Part shown: positions 17,383 through 26,039 of the stretch, piece after piece
Numbering within the stretch: position 1 is the first letter of the stretch
Layout: every line of letters starts with the position of its first letter
From: an uncultured Victivallales bacterium
GTDB taxonomy: Bacteria; Verrucomicrobiota; Kiritimatiellia; UBA8416
Direction of reading: 5' to 3'
DNA: 50,482 nucleotides
Assembly: GCA_964523995.1 (NCBI GenBank)
Contig: CAZGBW010000001.1
Span: 1 to 50,482, forward strand
Made by a program: the position numbers and the translations under genes
Notes under the pieces: generated by a model
What the model saw: the letters and a program-made list of their open reading frames with translations, nothing else
Database searches by the model: none
Told to the model about the DNA's origin: nothing

Positions 17383-19373
17383 ACAGGTGTACCCATATGC
17401 AACTGAACCGCATGGAAACGCGGGGGCGGGCGTCCGCCTCCCCCCGGAGAGACTGGCGGCAGTGCCCTGCCCGGACAGGCCTTGCGTTTCTCGCCTCGCT
17501 CGCCTTGCTGTTTCTATTCCCAGGTTTCCCGCCCCGCGACACGAACGCCGGGCAGAACAGCCTCGCCATCCGGCCCGAGCAGCCGCGGAACCTGGTCTCC
17601 AAAGGCATGATCAGGGTACAAAAGCTCAAGCTGAAGGAGCCCGGATGGAACAACCAGCTCGGTCCGGCGCTGGTAGCCGACGATCCGACGGGAGGTCTAT
17701 GGGTCTCCTGGCGCTCTGGCAGAGACAGCAACATCCAGCATATGACCGACAAGCTAAAGGCCGATCGGACGATCATCACACTGGAAAATCACGCCATCAT
17801 GGGGCTTTTCGGCCACGACGACGGGACCTTGGCGTTGACGTGGTACGAGTCCCGCATGAATCCGGAATTCGGTGTTGATCTCTACCTGAACAAGATTTCC
17901 GCTGACGGAGAGCAAATATGGACAACCAAGTTCAGAGGCGATCCTGGCGCCAATCTGGAATACAAGGATCGGCCTCAAGGCATATGGGGGCACCCGAACT
18001 ATGCAGGGCCCGTGATACCGATTGCATTCAACGGGAAACAGTATGGGCTTTTCTATGTGATCATGCAGAAATTCCCCGGCAACCCGGGCGAGTGCCACAC
18101 AGCGGATGAGTTCTGTGCCGTTGATGCTGATGGAACGGTTGACGAGTCCAAGCGGCATGTATGGAATGCCAGCCATAGCTTCTGGATGTCGGCCGTCGCG
18201 GGAAAGAAAGGTGATTTCTACGGCATCACGTATGCCTCTCCGAGCCCTTTTATCGGCATTCGCATGGGAGCCTATTCGAGGAAACCGGCGAAACAGGAGC
18301 TGATCTGGCCGGCAACAGAATGGGCGCTGGCGTTTGATATGCCGCACACGCGGCTAAGCCGGGCGTTCAACATTGGGCAAGGGTTCGCCATGGCGATCTC
18401 CAGCGGGGTAGACAAGGAGCTCTCGCTACTCGCCACGTATGATGTATCAGACGTGACCGCGCGGATAAAGGCTGAACAGATGATAAAGAGCGCATATCCC
18501 ATTCTCCTTCGGTTCGAGGAGGATGGCGCGATGGCACAATCCACTTATCTGACCACGAATCGGGTCCCGGATACGGTCGTGTCCGGAGCAAGGTTCGGAA
18601 AGGATTCCGCTATAGTCGCGTGGGGCAGCGGCCCGGGAGGCATGAAAGGTGAAGTGTTCGGAACATTCCCTGTGGAATTGGCCATCCTGGACCGGAACGG
18701 GAGCATCCTCCAGTCCCCCGTCGAAGTCGATGCCCCACTCACCTGGCATAGCGATCTGACCACATTGAAAAATGGTGACGTGGCCTGGGCCGGGATTGCC
18801 GATGACTGGACGCGGAACGACGACCGTCATACGCTTTACATCGTGCGCGTCGAGTGTCCCGAACCGCTTCGGGCCCCTGGAACGCCGACGGCGACCGGGG
18901 ACGACGATCCCGCGGAGAGCGGCGAGTCCGCCAACACAGAGGAAGCGGACGCGGGTACCACAGCCCGGACTCCCCTGCCACAAGCTGTAGCCCGGATCGA
19001 TGCCCAGTTGCTCGCCAAGCTGCAACGGCTAGCAGCCGCTACAGCCCTGCCAAGGGCTCCAATCCGGGTCTCGATGACGAAAGCCTGGGTGGTTCTGGCA
19101 GGTGTCGATGAACAGGGAGGCATCACCCTCCGTGCGCAAGTTGAGGGTCAGGCGCAGGAAGCCAGGTTCGAGTTTTCCGCGATGAAGCTCCTGGACAAGG
19201 CAACCATCGCGGCGGCGCTTGCCACAGCCGAACCGGACAACCAAACGCTACAGGCATCTGTCGGCTTCTACCTTGAATGCGCAGGACACCGGCGGGCTGC
19301 GGAACCCTACTATGCCAAGGCGGGCAATGCAGCGCGCGCCCAGTTCGACCGCCTGTTCGACGGCAGTCCGTAG
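17379..19373 (+). CDS. hypothetical exported protein, no recognisable family
   Basis: ATG 17379 overlaps the oxidoreductase stop (ATGA). Arg-rich N-region followed by the hydrophobic segment LAFLASLALLFLFPGF. Long beta-rich body, acidic linker and an Ala-rich helical tail. Confidence 0.6.
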   Translation: MNRCTHMQLNRMETRGRASASPRRDWRQCPARTGLAFLASLALLFLFPGFPPRDTNAGQNSLAIRPEQPRNLVSKGMIRVQKLKLKEPGWNNQLGPALVADDPTGGLWVSWRSGRDSNIQHMTDKLKADRTIITLENHAIMGLFGHDDGTLALTWYESRMNPEFGVDLYLNKISADGEQIWTTKFRGDPGANLEYKDRPQGIWGHPNYAGPVIPIAFNGKQYGLFYVIMQKFPGNPGECHTADEFCAVDADGTVDESKRHVWNASHSFWMSAVAGKKGDFYGITYASPSPFIGIRMGAYSRKPAKQELIWPATEWALAFDMPHTRLSRAFNIGQGFAMAISSGVDKELSLLATYDVSDVTARIKAEQMIKSAYPILLRFEEDGAMAQSTYLTTNRVPDTVVSGARFGKDSAIVAWGSGPGGMKGEVFGTFPVELAILDRNGSILQSPVEVDAPLTWHSDLTTLKNGDVAWAGIADDWTRNDDRHTLYIVRVECPEPLRAPGTPTATGDDDPAESGESANTEEADAGTTARTPLPQAVARIDAQLLAKLQRLAAATALPRAPIRVSMTKAWVVLAGVDEQGGITLRAQVEGQAQEARFEFSAMKLLDKATIAAALATAEPDNQTLQASVGFYLECAGHRRAAEPYYAKAGNAARAQFDRLFDGSP

Positions 19374-19441
19374 CACCGCCCAGACGACGGAAAAAGCCCG
19401 CATCAACGCCATGAACCGATGTCATCAAGCACACCCAAGAG

Positions 19442-20335
19442 TCACCTGATGATGATCGTCATCCCGGAAGGGGGAACCGGGATGTTCGTGATGACAATAT
19501 CGTCGATGCTGCCCTGATCGCGCGACCGAAGGAAGAGCGTCTTGAAGTCCGTGGGCGCGAAACCGGAAGGCAGTTCCAAGGCCATGGCCTGCATGCCGGC
19601 AACCGCCGTCCATGTGCCCGATGGCACGAGTGGATTGCCGCTGTATTGGTCGATAAAGAAGGACGCGGTGCCTGCCACCAGGTCGACCGTCAGCAGGCAG
19701 TCGAAATACAGGTAGCCGCCGCCGATGATCCCGTTCGTGGTATCGTTGTTCGCATCCGATGTGAACCGCCAACTGGCAAGGCTGCTCCCAATCACGATAA
19801 ACGGTGCGCCGCTGGCATCACCGAGCCCCAGTTGACTGATACGGCTCGATCCGGCAACCGAGTACCATGCGACGCTGAAGGCCTTGACGCCTTTGACTAA
19901 AGGCCATGCTGCATCACCGCTACAGGCCCGATAGGCCGTGGCAATATCGGCCCCCGTACTCGAGGACCAGGTGCCGGCAGAGACGTTGCCACCGGTGGTA
20001 CCGCGAGCTCTCATACCCGACAACAGCGTCTGCGTGCCTACCCACCCGTCCTGTCCGGCGAGAAACGCGTCGCCTCCTGTCAGATGATCGAAATCATACG
20101 TGAAGAAGGACGGCACGGTCGCCGTGGCCGTAAAGGTCAACGGTGACCCTCCCAGACCTACGCTCGTAGCCGTCGCCGTCTGCCCACCTGCCTGCTGTCC
20201 CAGAGTCCAGGTGGCTGTCGCGATCCCATTCGTATCCGACAGCACCGGATTTACACTGCCTAACGACCCGCCGCCGGTCGCCGCGGCGAAGATAATCCCC
20301 ACGCCGGCAACAATGATCCTCACCGGCGCTGCCAC
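19442..20335 (-). CDS. Ig-like (Big-type) domain plus lectin/LamG-like beta-sandwich segment; in frame with the upstream 703-aa ORF across a single TAG
   Basis: The track ORF starts at GTG 20335. The frame is open back to TAG 20357-20359 (AQRGYAP codons). GVGIIFAAATGGGSLGSVNPVLSDTNGIATATWTLG..SPLTFTATA is mid-to-C-terminal Big-domain sequence, not a signal peptide. The tail ends ..IDDIVITNI. Confidence 0.55.
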   Translation of the reverse strand: MAAPVRIIVAGVGIIFAAATGGGSLGSVNPVLSDTNGIATATWTLGQQAGGQTATATSVGLGGSPLTFTATATVPSFFTYDFDHLTGGDAFLAGQDGWVGTQTLLSGMRARGTTGGNVSAGTWSSSTGADIATAYRACSGDAAWPLVKGVKAFSVAWYSVAGSSRISQLGLGDASGAPFIVIGSSLASWRFTSDANNDTTNGIIGGGYLYFDCLLTVDLVAGTASFFIDQYSGNPLVPSGTWTAVAGMQAMALELPSGFAPTDFKTLFLRSRDQGSIDDIVITNIPVPPSGMTIIIR

Positions 20336-20356
20336 CGGCGCGTACCCACGCTGTGC

Positions 20357-22468
20357 CTATCGAAACAGGAAGACCGTTCCACGGGGTACGAACGGCGAGT
20401 AATCGACCGTCAGCAACGGGTGCCAGGAAGGATTCGCATGTTCTTTTGTGGCGAAGCCCAGCCGGGTCGCGCTGGTGTTGAGGCTGTTCAGATAAAAGCC
20501 GGCGTTCACGCCGCCGTGGGCCCACGATTCGAGAAGCGCCAGGTCGAATGCGTTCGTGATGGTGAAGGTCAGTGTCTGGCCGATGGTGACGGCGTCGACC
20601 TGGGGCACGTAGACTTCCGAGGCCACGGAGGCCAGACTCGCATTGGTCTCGGCAGGCCCGGGAGTATTGGGGTGGCTCGCGTTCCCTCCGAGCAGATCGC
20701 CGGCGGCCCACGGATCGCTTGCGTACTTGCGATACCCGCCGCAGGCCTCACCCGTCCCAGCCGTCGTGCCGTTCTTCGTCCCCTCGACCCAGTCGGCATC
20801 GACATCGCGGATTGTGTAGAGCGCGAAGGTGTTGGCCCCGGTGCCGTACTTCCCGCTAACGGTCAGCGTCAGGTCTGCCGAGGTGATCGCGCTGAACCGG
20901 CCGGCGAGGTTGGTGATGCTCCTGAACCGGAGGATGGCGCAATGGTTGGGGAAGAAGATGGTCTTGCCCACATACATTTCGGTGCTGATCCCGTAGTTGT
21001 TGTTATCGCCCCCCACCGTGGGCTGCTCGTTCGGGTTGAGTCGACAATCATCCGAGGGGAAGAAGCCTTCCAGCGTTGTCGCGCTTGCCACGGCGCTCAC
21101 GGCGGAAGTGTTGCCCGCCGCATCGTATGCGCTCAGCTGGTAGGCATAGGTGGTGGACGGTACCAGTCCCGTGTCCGTGTAGCTCGTGCTCGCTGTCGTA
21201 TCGAGCGGAACCCCATCGCGCAGGATGCTGTACCCGGTGACAGCGATGTTGTCGGTCGAGGCGTCCCAACTCAGCGCGACCTCGGTGGCCGACAACCCCG
21301 TGGCCGTGAGATTCGAGGGAACGCTGGGCGCCTGCGTATCCGGAGGGAACGTCTGAGCACTGGCAACGGCGCTCACGGCAGAGGTATTCCCCGCCGCATC
21401 GAATGCCTGCACCTTGTAGGCATAGGTCGTGGCCGGCGAAAGGCCGGAATCCAGGTAGTTCGTTTCCGTGGTCGTATCGATCGGGGCATCGTCGCGCAGG
21501 ATGCTGTACCCGGCAACGGCGAAGTTATCGGTCGAAGCGTTCCAGGTCACGGCGATGTCGCTGCTTGTCAACGCTGTCGCCGTGACGTTCGCCGGAATGC
21601 TTGGCGCTTCTGTGTCGGCGCTGATCGGCGTGTACGTGATCTCCAGCTTGGGGTGCGAGGAGCTGGTGGCGTGCTCTTTCGTGGCGAAGGCGAGCCGCGT
21701 TCTGCTGGTATTAAGGCTGTTAATGAAGAAGCCGGCATTCGCATCGCCGTTAGCCCAGGATGTGAGGACTGCCAGGTCATCGGGGTCGCTGATGCTGAAG
21801 CTGACCTCTTGACCATTGGTGACCGTGCTCATATTGGGGATAAGCACCTGATCGACAATGGAGGCCAGGCTGGCATTCGTGACGGCCGTGCCGGCCGTGC
21901 TGGCGGTGACGCCCTTGCCAAGCAGGTCACCGCCTGCCCAGGAGGTCGTGTTGAACTTTCTGTAGTGGCCACAATTCTGGCCAACCGCGGCCGTTGTGCC
22001 ATTCATGGTCCCTTCGATCCAATCCGCGTCAACATTGCGGATCGTAAACAGCACGAATGTGTTCGGCTTGTTGACTTCGTTAATGTAGACGCTATCGACC
22101 GTCAGGGTCAGGGTCGCCGAATCGATTGAGGCGAATTCCCCGGCCAAAGCCGAGACATCGAAGCGCATGATTCCGCAAAAGTTTGCAAAGAAGGCAGTCT
22201 TTCCAACCAGCATCGTGGTGGTAATGCCGTAGTTATTGTTGTCGCCGGTTTCGTTGCCCTGGGGGTTGACGGGGTTGAGCCGGCAATCGGCCGAGGCGGG
22301 AAAGTTCGTCGTGTCCGCCTTAGCGGCCAGGGGTGCGAGCACGACGCATCCCGCCAGTGCCAGCGCCGTGACAACCCGTGGCACGCTCCCGGCGGCGCCG
22401 AGACCGTGATGGACGGCGCTCCCTGCTCTCAGAGCCTTCCAAGTGCCCTGCATTTCTTGATGCCTCAT
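20357..22468 (-). CDS. secreted surface protein: DNRLRE/CBM96-like domain, two FN3 domains, second DNRLRE/CBM96-like domain (copy 1)
   Basis: GGAGG lies 6 nt upstream of ATG 22468. Signal peptide ends ..LAPLAAKA. ADCRLNP..NNNYG..MRFDVSAL..SATLTLTV..ATKEH..HPKLEITY, repeated as DDCRLNP..NNNYG..LRFRS..SADLTLTV..ATKEH..HPLLTVDY. Two FN3 units (P.NVTATAL..W.ASTDN.AV.GY.ILRD..YAY.V.A.DAAGN). Confidence 0.85.
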   Translation of the reverse strand: MRHQEMQGTWKALRAGSAVHHGLGAAGSVPRVVTALALAGCVVLAPLAAKADTTNFPASADCRLNPVNPQGNETGDNNNYGITTTMLVGKTAFFANFCGIMRFDVSALAGEFASIDSATLTLTVDSVYINEVNKPNTFVLFTIRNVDADWIEGTMNGTTAAVGQNCGHYRKFNTTSWAGGDLLGKGVTASTAGTAVTNASLASIVDQVLIPNMSTVTNGQEVSFSISDPDDLAVLTSWANGDANAGFFINSLNTSRTRLAFATKEHATSSSHPKLEITYTPISADTEAPSIPANVTATALTSSDIAVTWNASTDNFAVAGYSILRDDAPIDTTTETNYLDSGLSPATTYAYKVQAFDAAGNTSAVSAVASAQTFPPDTQAPSVPSNLTATGLSATEVALSWDASTDNIAVTGYSILRDGVPLDTTASTSYTDTGLVPSTTYAYQLSAYDAAGNTSAVSAVASATTLEGFFPSDDCRLNPNEQPTVGGDNNNYGISTEMYVGKTIFFPNHCAILRFRSITNLAGRFSAITSADLTLTVSGKYGTGANTFALYTIRDVDADWVEGTKNGTTAGTGEACGGYRKYASDPWAAGDLLGGNASHPNTPGPAETNASLASVASEVYVPQVDAVTIGQTLTFTITNAFDLALLESWAHGGVNAGFYLNSLNTSATRLGFATKEHANPSWHPLLTVDYSPFVPRGTVFLFR

Positions 22469-22547
22469 CGTGAACCTCCGCGTTGCGTGTTGATGACCTC
22501 CGCGCTACGGCGGCGGCGTGCCGGCGAGGGCGTGGCATCTGCACGTA

Positions 22548-22577
22548 ATTGTAGCGCACGCCGACCACGGGTGTCAA
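22548..22577 (-). promoter_or_regulatory. near-consensus sigma70-like promoter TTGACA-18-TACAAT (copy 1)
   Basis: rc of 22572-22577 is TTGACA and rc of 22548-22553 is TACAAT. It lies about 80 nt upstream of ATG 22468, inside the duplicated unit. Confidence 0.5.
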
Positions 22578-22592
22578 CGGAAAAGTTGCTCT

Positions 22593-22790
22593 TTATTGAT
22601 ATCCTGTCAAACTCACACTCGTAGCCGTCACCGTCTGCCCACCTGCCTGCTGTCCCAGAGTCCAGGTGGCTGTCGCGATCCCATTCGTATCCGACAGCAC
22701 CGGATTTACACTGCCTAACGACCCGCCGCCGGTCGCCGCGGCGAAGATAATCCCCACGCCGGCAACAATGATCCTCACCGGCGCTGCCAC
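22593..22790 (-). pseudogene. truncated duplicate of the 5' part of the Ig-like segment (65 codons)
   Basis: Matches the first ~58 codons of 19442..20335 apart from one Ala-to-Val change (the g/a mismatch). It diverges at the duplication junction 22617/22618 and stops at 22593. Confidence 0.7.
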
Positions 22791-22811
22791 CGGCGCGTAC
22801 CCACGCTGTGC

Positions 22812-24923
22812 CTATCGAAACAGGAAGACCGTTCCACGGGGTACGAACGGCGAGTAATCGACCGTCAGCAACGGGTGCCAGGAAGGATTCGCATGTTCTT
22901 TTGTGGCGAAGCCCAGCCGGGTCGCGCTGGTGTTGAGGCTGTTCAGATAAAAGCCGGCGTTCACGCCGCCGTGGGCCCACGATTCGAGAAGCGCCAGGTC
23001 GAATGCGTTCGTGATGGTGAAGGTCAGTGTCTGGCCGATGGTGACGGCGTCGACCTGGGGCACGTAGACTTCCGAGGCCACGGAGGCCAGACTCGCATTG
23101 GTCTCGGCAGGCCCGGGAGTATTGGGGTGGCTCGCGTTCCCTCCGAGCAGATCGCCGGCGGCCCACGGATCGCTTGCGTACTTGCGATACCCGCCGCAGG
23201 CCTCACCCGTCCCAGCCGTCGTGCCGTTCTTCGTCCCCTCGACCCAGTCGGCATCGACATCGCGGATTGTGTAGAGCGCGAAGGTGTTGGCCCCGGTGCC
23301 GTACTTCCCGCTAACGGTCAGCGTCAGGTCTGCCGAGGTGATCGCGCTGAACCGGCCGGCGAGGTTGGTGATGCTCCTGAACCGGAGGATGGCGCAATGG
23401 TTGGGGAAGAAGATGGTCTTGCCCACATACATTTCGGTGCTGATCCCGTAGTTGTTGTTATCGCCCCCCACCGTGGGCTGCTCGTTCGGGTTGAGTCGAC
23501 AATCATCCGAGGGGAAGAAGCCTTCCAGCGTTGTCGCGCTTGCCACGGCGCTCACGGCGGAAGTGTTGCCCGCCGCATCGTATGCGCTCAGCTGGTAGGC
23601 ATAGGTGGTGGACGGTACCAGTCCCGTGTCCGTGTAGCTCGTGCTCGCTGTCGTATCGAGCGGAACCCCATCGCGCAGGATGCTGTACCCGGTGACAGCG
23701 ATGTTGTCGGTCGAGGCGTCCCAACTCAGCGCGACCTCGGTGGCCGACAACCCCGTGGCCGTGAGATTCGAGGGAACGCTGGGCGCCTGCGTATCCGGAG
23801 GGAACGTCTGAGCACTGGCAACGGCGCTCACGGCAGAGGTATTCCCCGCCGCATCGAATGCCTGCACCTTGTAGGCATAGGTCGTGGCCGGCGAAAGGCC
23901 GGAATCCAGGTAGTTCGTTTCCGTGGTCGTATCGATCGGGGCATCGTCGCGCAGGATGCTGTACCCGGCAACGGCGAAGTTATCGGTCGAAGCGTTCCAG
24001 GTCACGGCGATGTCGCTGCTTGTCAACGCTGTCGCCGTGACGTTCGCCGGAATGCTTGGCGCTTCTGTGTCGGCGCTGATCGGCGTGTACGTGATCTCCA
24101 GCTTGGGGTGCGAGGAGCTGGTGGCGTGCTCTTTCGTGGCGAAGGCGAGCCGCGTTCTGCTGGTATTAAGGCTGTTAATGAAGAAGCCGGCATTCGCATC
24201 GCCGTTAGCCCAGGATGTGAGGACTGCCAGGTCATCGGGGTCGCTGATGCTGAAGCTGACCTCTTGACCATTGGTGACCGTGCTCATATTGGGGATAAGC
24301 ACCTGATCGACAATGGAGGCCAGGCTGGCATTCGTGACGGCCGTGCCGGCCGTGCTGGCGGTGACGCCCTTGCCAAGCAGGTCACCGCCTGCCCAGGAGG
24401 TCGTGTTGAACTTTCTGTAGTGGCCACAATTCTGGCCAACCGCGGCCGTTGTGCCATTCATGGTCCCTTCGATCCAATCCGCGTCAACATTGCGGATCGT
24501 AAACAGCACGAATGTGTTCGGCTTGTTGACTTCGTTAATGTAGACGCTATCGACCGTCAGGGTCAGGGTCGCCGAATCGATTGAGGCGAATTCCCCGGCC
24601 AAAGCCGAGACATCGAAGCGCATGATTCCGCAAAAGTTTGCAAAGAAGGCAGTCTTTCCAACCAGCATCGTGGTGGTAATGCCGTAGTTATTGTTGTCGC
24701 CGGTTTCGTTGCCCTGGGGGTTGACGGGGTTGAGCCGGCAATCGGCCGAGGCGGGAAAGTTCGTCGTGTCCGCCTTAGCGGCCAGGGGTGCGAGCACGAC
24801 GCATCCCGCCAGTGCCAGCGCCGTGACAACCCGTGGCACGCTCCCGGCGGCGCCGAGACCGTGATGGACGGCGCTCCCTGCTCTCAGAGCCTTCCAAGTG
24901 CCCTGCATTTCTTGATGCCTCAT
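22812..24923 (-). CDS. secreted DNRLRE/CBM96-like + 2x FN3 + DNRLRE/CBM96-like surface protein (copy 2, identical 703 aa)
   Basis: Translation is identical to 20357..22468. Confidence 0.85.
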   Translation of the reverse strand: MRHQEMQGTWKALRAGSAVHHGLGAAGSVPRVVTALALAGCVVLAPLAAKADTTNFPASADCRLNPVNPQGNETGDNNNYGITTTMLVGKTAFFANFCGIMRFDVSALAGEFASIDSATLTLTVDSVYINEVNKPNTFVLFTIRNVDADWIEGTMNGTTAAVGQNCGHYRKFNTTSWAGGDLLGKGVTASTAGTAVTNASLASIVDQVLIPNMSTVTNGQEVSFSISDPDDLAVLTSWANGDANAGFFINSLNTSRTRLAFATKEHATSSSHPKLEITYTPISADTEAPSIPANVTATALTSSDIAVTWNASTDNFAVAGYSILRDDAPIDTTTETNYLDSGLSPATTYAYKVQAFDAAGNTSAVSAVASAQTFPPDTQAPSVPSNLTATGLSATEVALSWDASTDNIAVTGYSILRDGVPLDTTASTSYTDTGLVPSTTYAYQLSAYDAAGNTSAVSAVASATTLEGFFPSDDCRLNPNEQPTVGGDNNNYGISTEMYVGKTIFFPNHCAILRFRSITNLAGRFSAITSADLTLTVSGKYGTGANTFALYTIRDVDADWVEGTKNGTTAGTGEACGGYRKYASDPWAAGDLLGGNASHPNTPGPAETNASLASVASEVYVPQVDAVTIGQTLTFTITNAFDLALLESWAHGGVNAGFYLNSLNTSATRLGFATKEHANPSWHPLLTVDYSPFVPRGTVFLFR

Positions 24924-25002
24924 CGTGAACCTCCGCGTTGCGTGTTGATGACCTCCGCGCTACGGCGGCGGCGTGCCGGCGAGGGCGTGGCATCTGCACG
25001 TA

Positions 25003-25032
25003 ATTGTAGCGCACGCCGACCACGGGTGTCAA
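25003..25032 (-). promoter_or_regulatory. near-consensus sigma70-like promoter TTGACA-18-TACAAT (copy 2)
   Basis: rc of 25027-25032 is TTGACA and rc of 25003-25008 is TACAAT. Confidence 0.5.
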
Positions 25033-25279
25033 CGGAAAAGTTGCTCTTTATTGATATCCTGTCAAACTCACAAAAGTCCACGGATCACCGCTGGAGTATA
25101 TGGAACGTGCTGTACTATAAGCACTTAACATACACTTAGCTCCGAGACTCAATAACACTTAGAGCGATGAATTGGGGAATATTCAGCCCTTTTTGGACAC
25201 GCGAGCCGGTCCCGTATGCTCTCGAGCAGGCGTGCGGCCGTCTGAGACCTCACCTGCGTGCATCTGTTGCGGCGGGAGG

Positions 25280-25754
25280 CTATCTGACGAAGATCACGGT
25301 GGCGTTACCGCCCGGCGCGACGTGCAGCGGCAAGTCTTCGTAGGCGTCAGCCAGGATGAAGCTGTCCACCTGGGTTTTGGCCGCCCGCCACTGGATCTTG
25401 GCGGTGTTGCCGTTGGCGTAGTCTGGCTTGCAACCCGTGACGGCGGCATCCGGCGTTGGCAATTCGGCTTCGGTGGCGGCGACCGGGTTCACCCACAGGC
25501 TTAAATCGTAGAGGTCGCCGCCGCCGCAGACCTGCCGCAGCACCAGAGTCGTGGGCGCGCATGCCCGTCGTGCTAACCCATCCGTCTTGCCCGTGGATGT
25601 ACGCATCCGCCCCCGTGAGGTTGTTGAAGTTGTACGTGTACACCGCGATATCGGCCAAACCAACGTGCGGAACCACAAAGCCCACCAGTGCAACCGCCAG
25701 CATCCGAGCCACGATGGATCTGATCACTTGATCTGCTCCTTCCAGCCTTTTCAC
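25280..25754 (-). pseudogene. frameshifted small exported lectin-like protein, paralogue of the tail domain of 19442..20335
   Basis: Two overlapping ORFs, 25347..25754 and 25280..25693. The first gives signal-like MLAVALVGFVVPHVGLA, then YTYNFNNLTGADAYIHGQDGWVSTTGMRA (compare FTYDFDHLTGGDAFLAGQDGWVGT). Sense continues in the other frame from ..PTTLVLRQVCGGGDLYDLSLWVNP.. The shift lies near the GCGCGCCCAC run at about 25565-25575. Confidence 0.6.
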
Positions 25755-26039
25755 TCCGGCATGAATTGTTGATATTTTTTGCAGCCATACCCGCAGTTAC
25801 CAACATATAATAATATGAATACTCCGCTTTATCAACGCAAGAATGCACTATTATTAACTTTTTCAGCGTCAATCAAATTGCAGGCTCAACGGGCGTGCGG
25901 ACAGCGAGCCGCTGTCCCTCCCTATGTGTATCCAACCGCTTTCTGAACTCTGCTCATAAGTTACCCCTTCGTTTTTTGCACACCGCCGTGGGTGGCTTAC
26001 CAACCAGTTATTCGCCCCGCAGCAGATGTCTTGCTTGCC

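Larger units (their letters stand above)
20163..22617. repeat. tandem duplication, copy 1 (2,455 bp)
   Basis: Matches 22618-25072 at a constant offset of 2455. All six-frame ORF translations in the track are identical between the copies. One mismatch was noticed (g at 20175, a at 22630). Confidence 0.9.
22618..25072. repeat. tandem duplication, copy 2 (2,455 bp)
   Basis: See copy 1. The junction reads ..CAAACTCACA|CTCGTAGCC.., and the right end reads ..CAAACTCACA|AAAGTCCACGG.. Confidence 0.9.

Noticed and set aside
20357-20359. Genome-wide TAG reassignment as the explanation for the in-frame TAG
   Set aside because: TAG terminates other well-supported genes in the window at sensible protein ends, for example GH20 at 7044-7046, the SBP-permease at 11287-11289 and the GlmL-like gene at 46296-46298. 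A global recoding is therefore unlikely. Local readthrough or a nonsense mutation remain possible.
20420-22129. 569-aa plus-strand ORF (and its twin at 22875..24584) antisense to the DNRLRE/FN3 genes
   Set aside because: It is Arg/Gly/Ala-rich low-complexity translation with no motifs. The opposite strand encodes clear FN3 and DNRLRE-like domains with an RBS and signal peptide. This is a typical shadow ORF of GC-rich DNA.
20163-25072. Duplicated unit as an insertion sequence or other mobile element
   Set aside because: There is no transposase or integrase, no terminal inverted repeats and no target-site duplication. The two copies are directly adjacent head-to-tail, which fits tandem segmental duplication or an assembly artefact.
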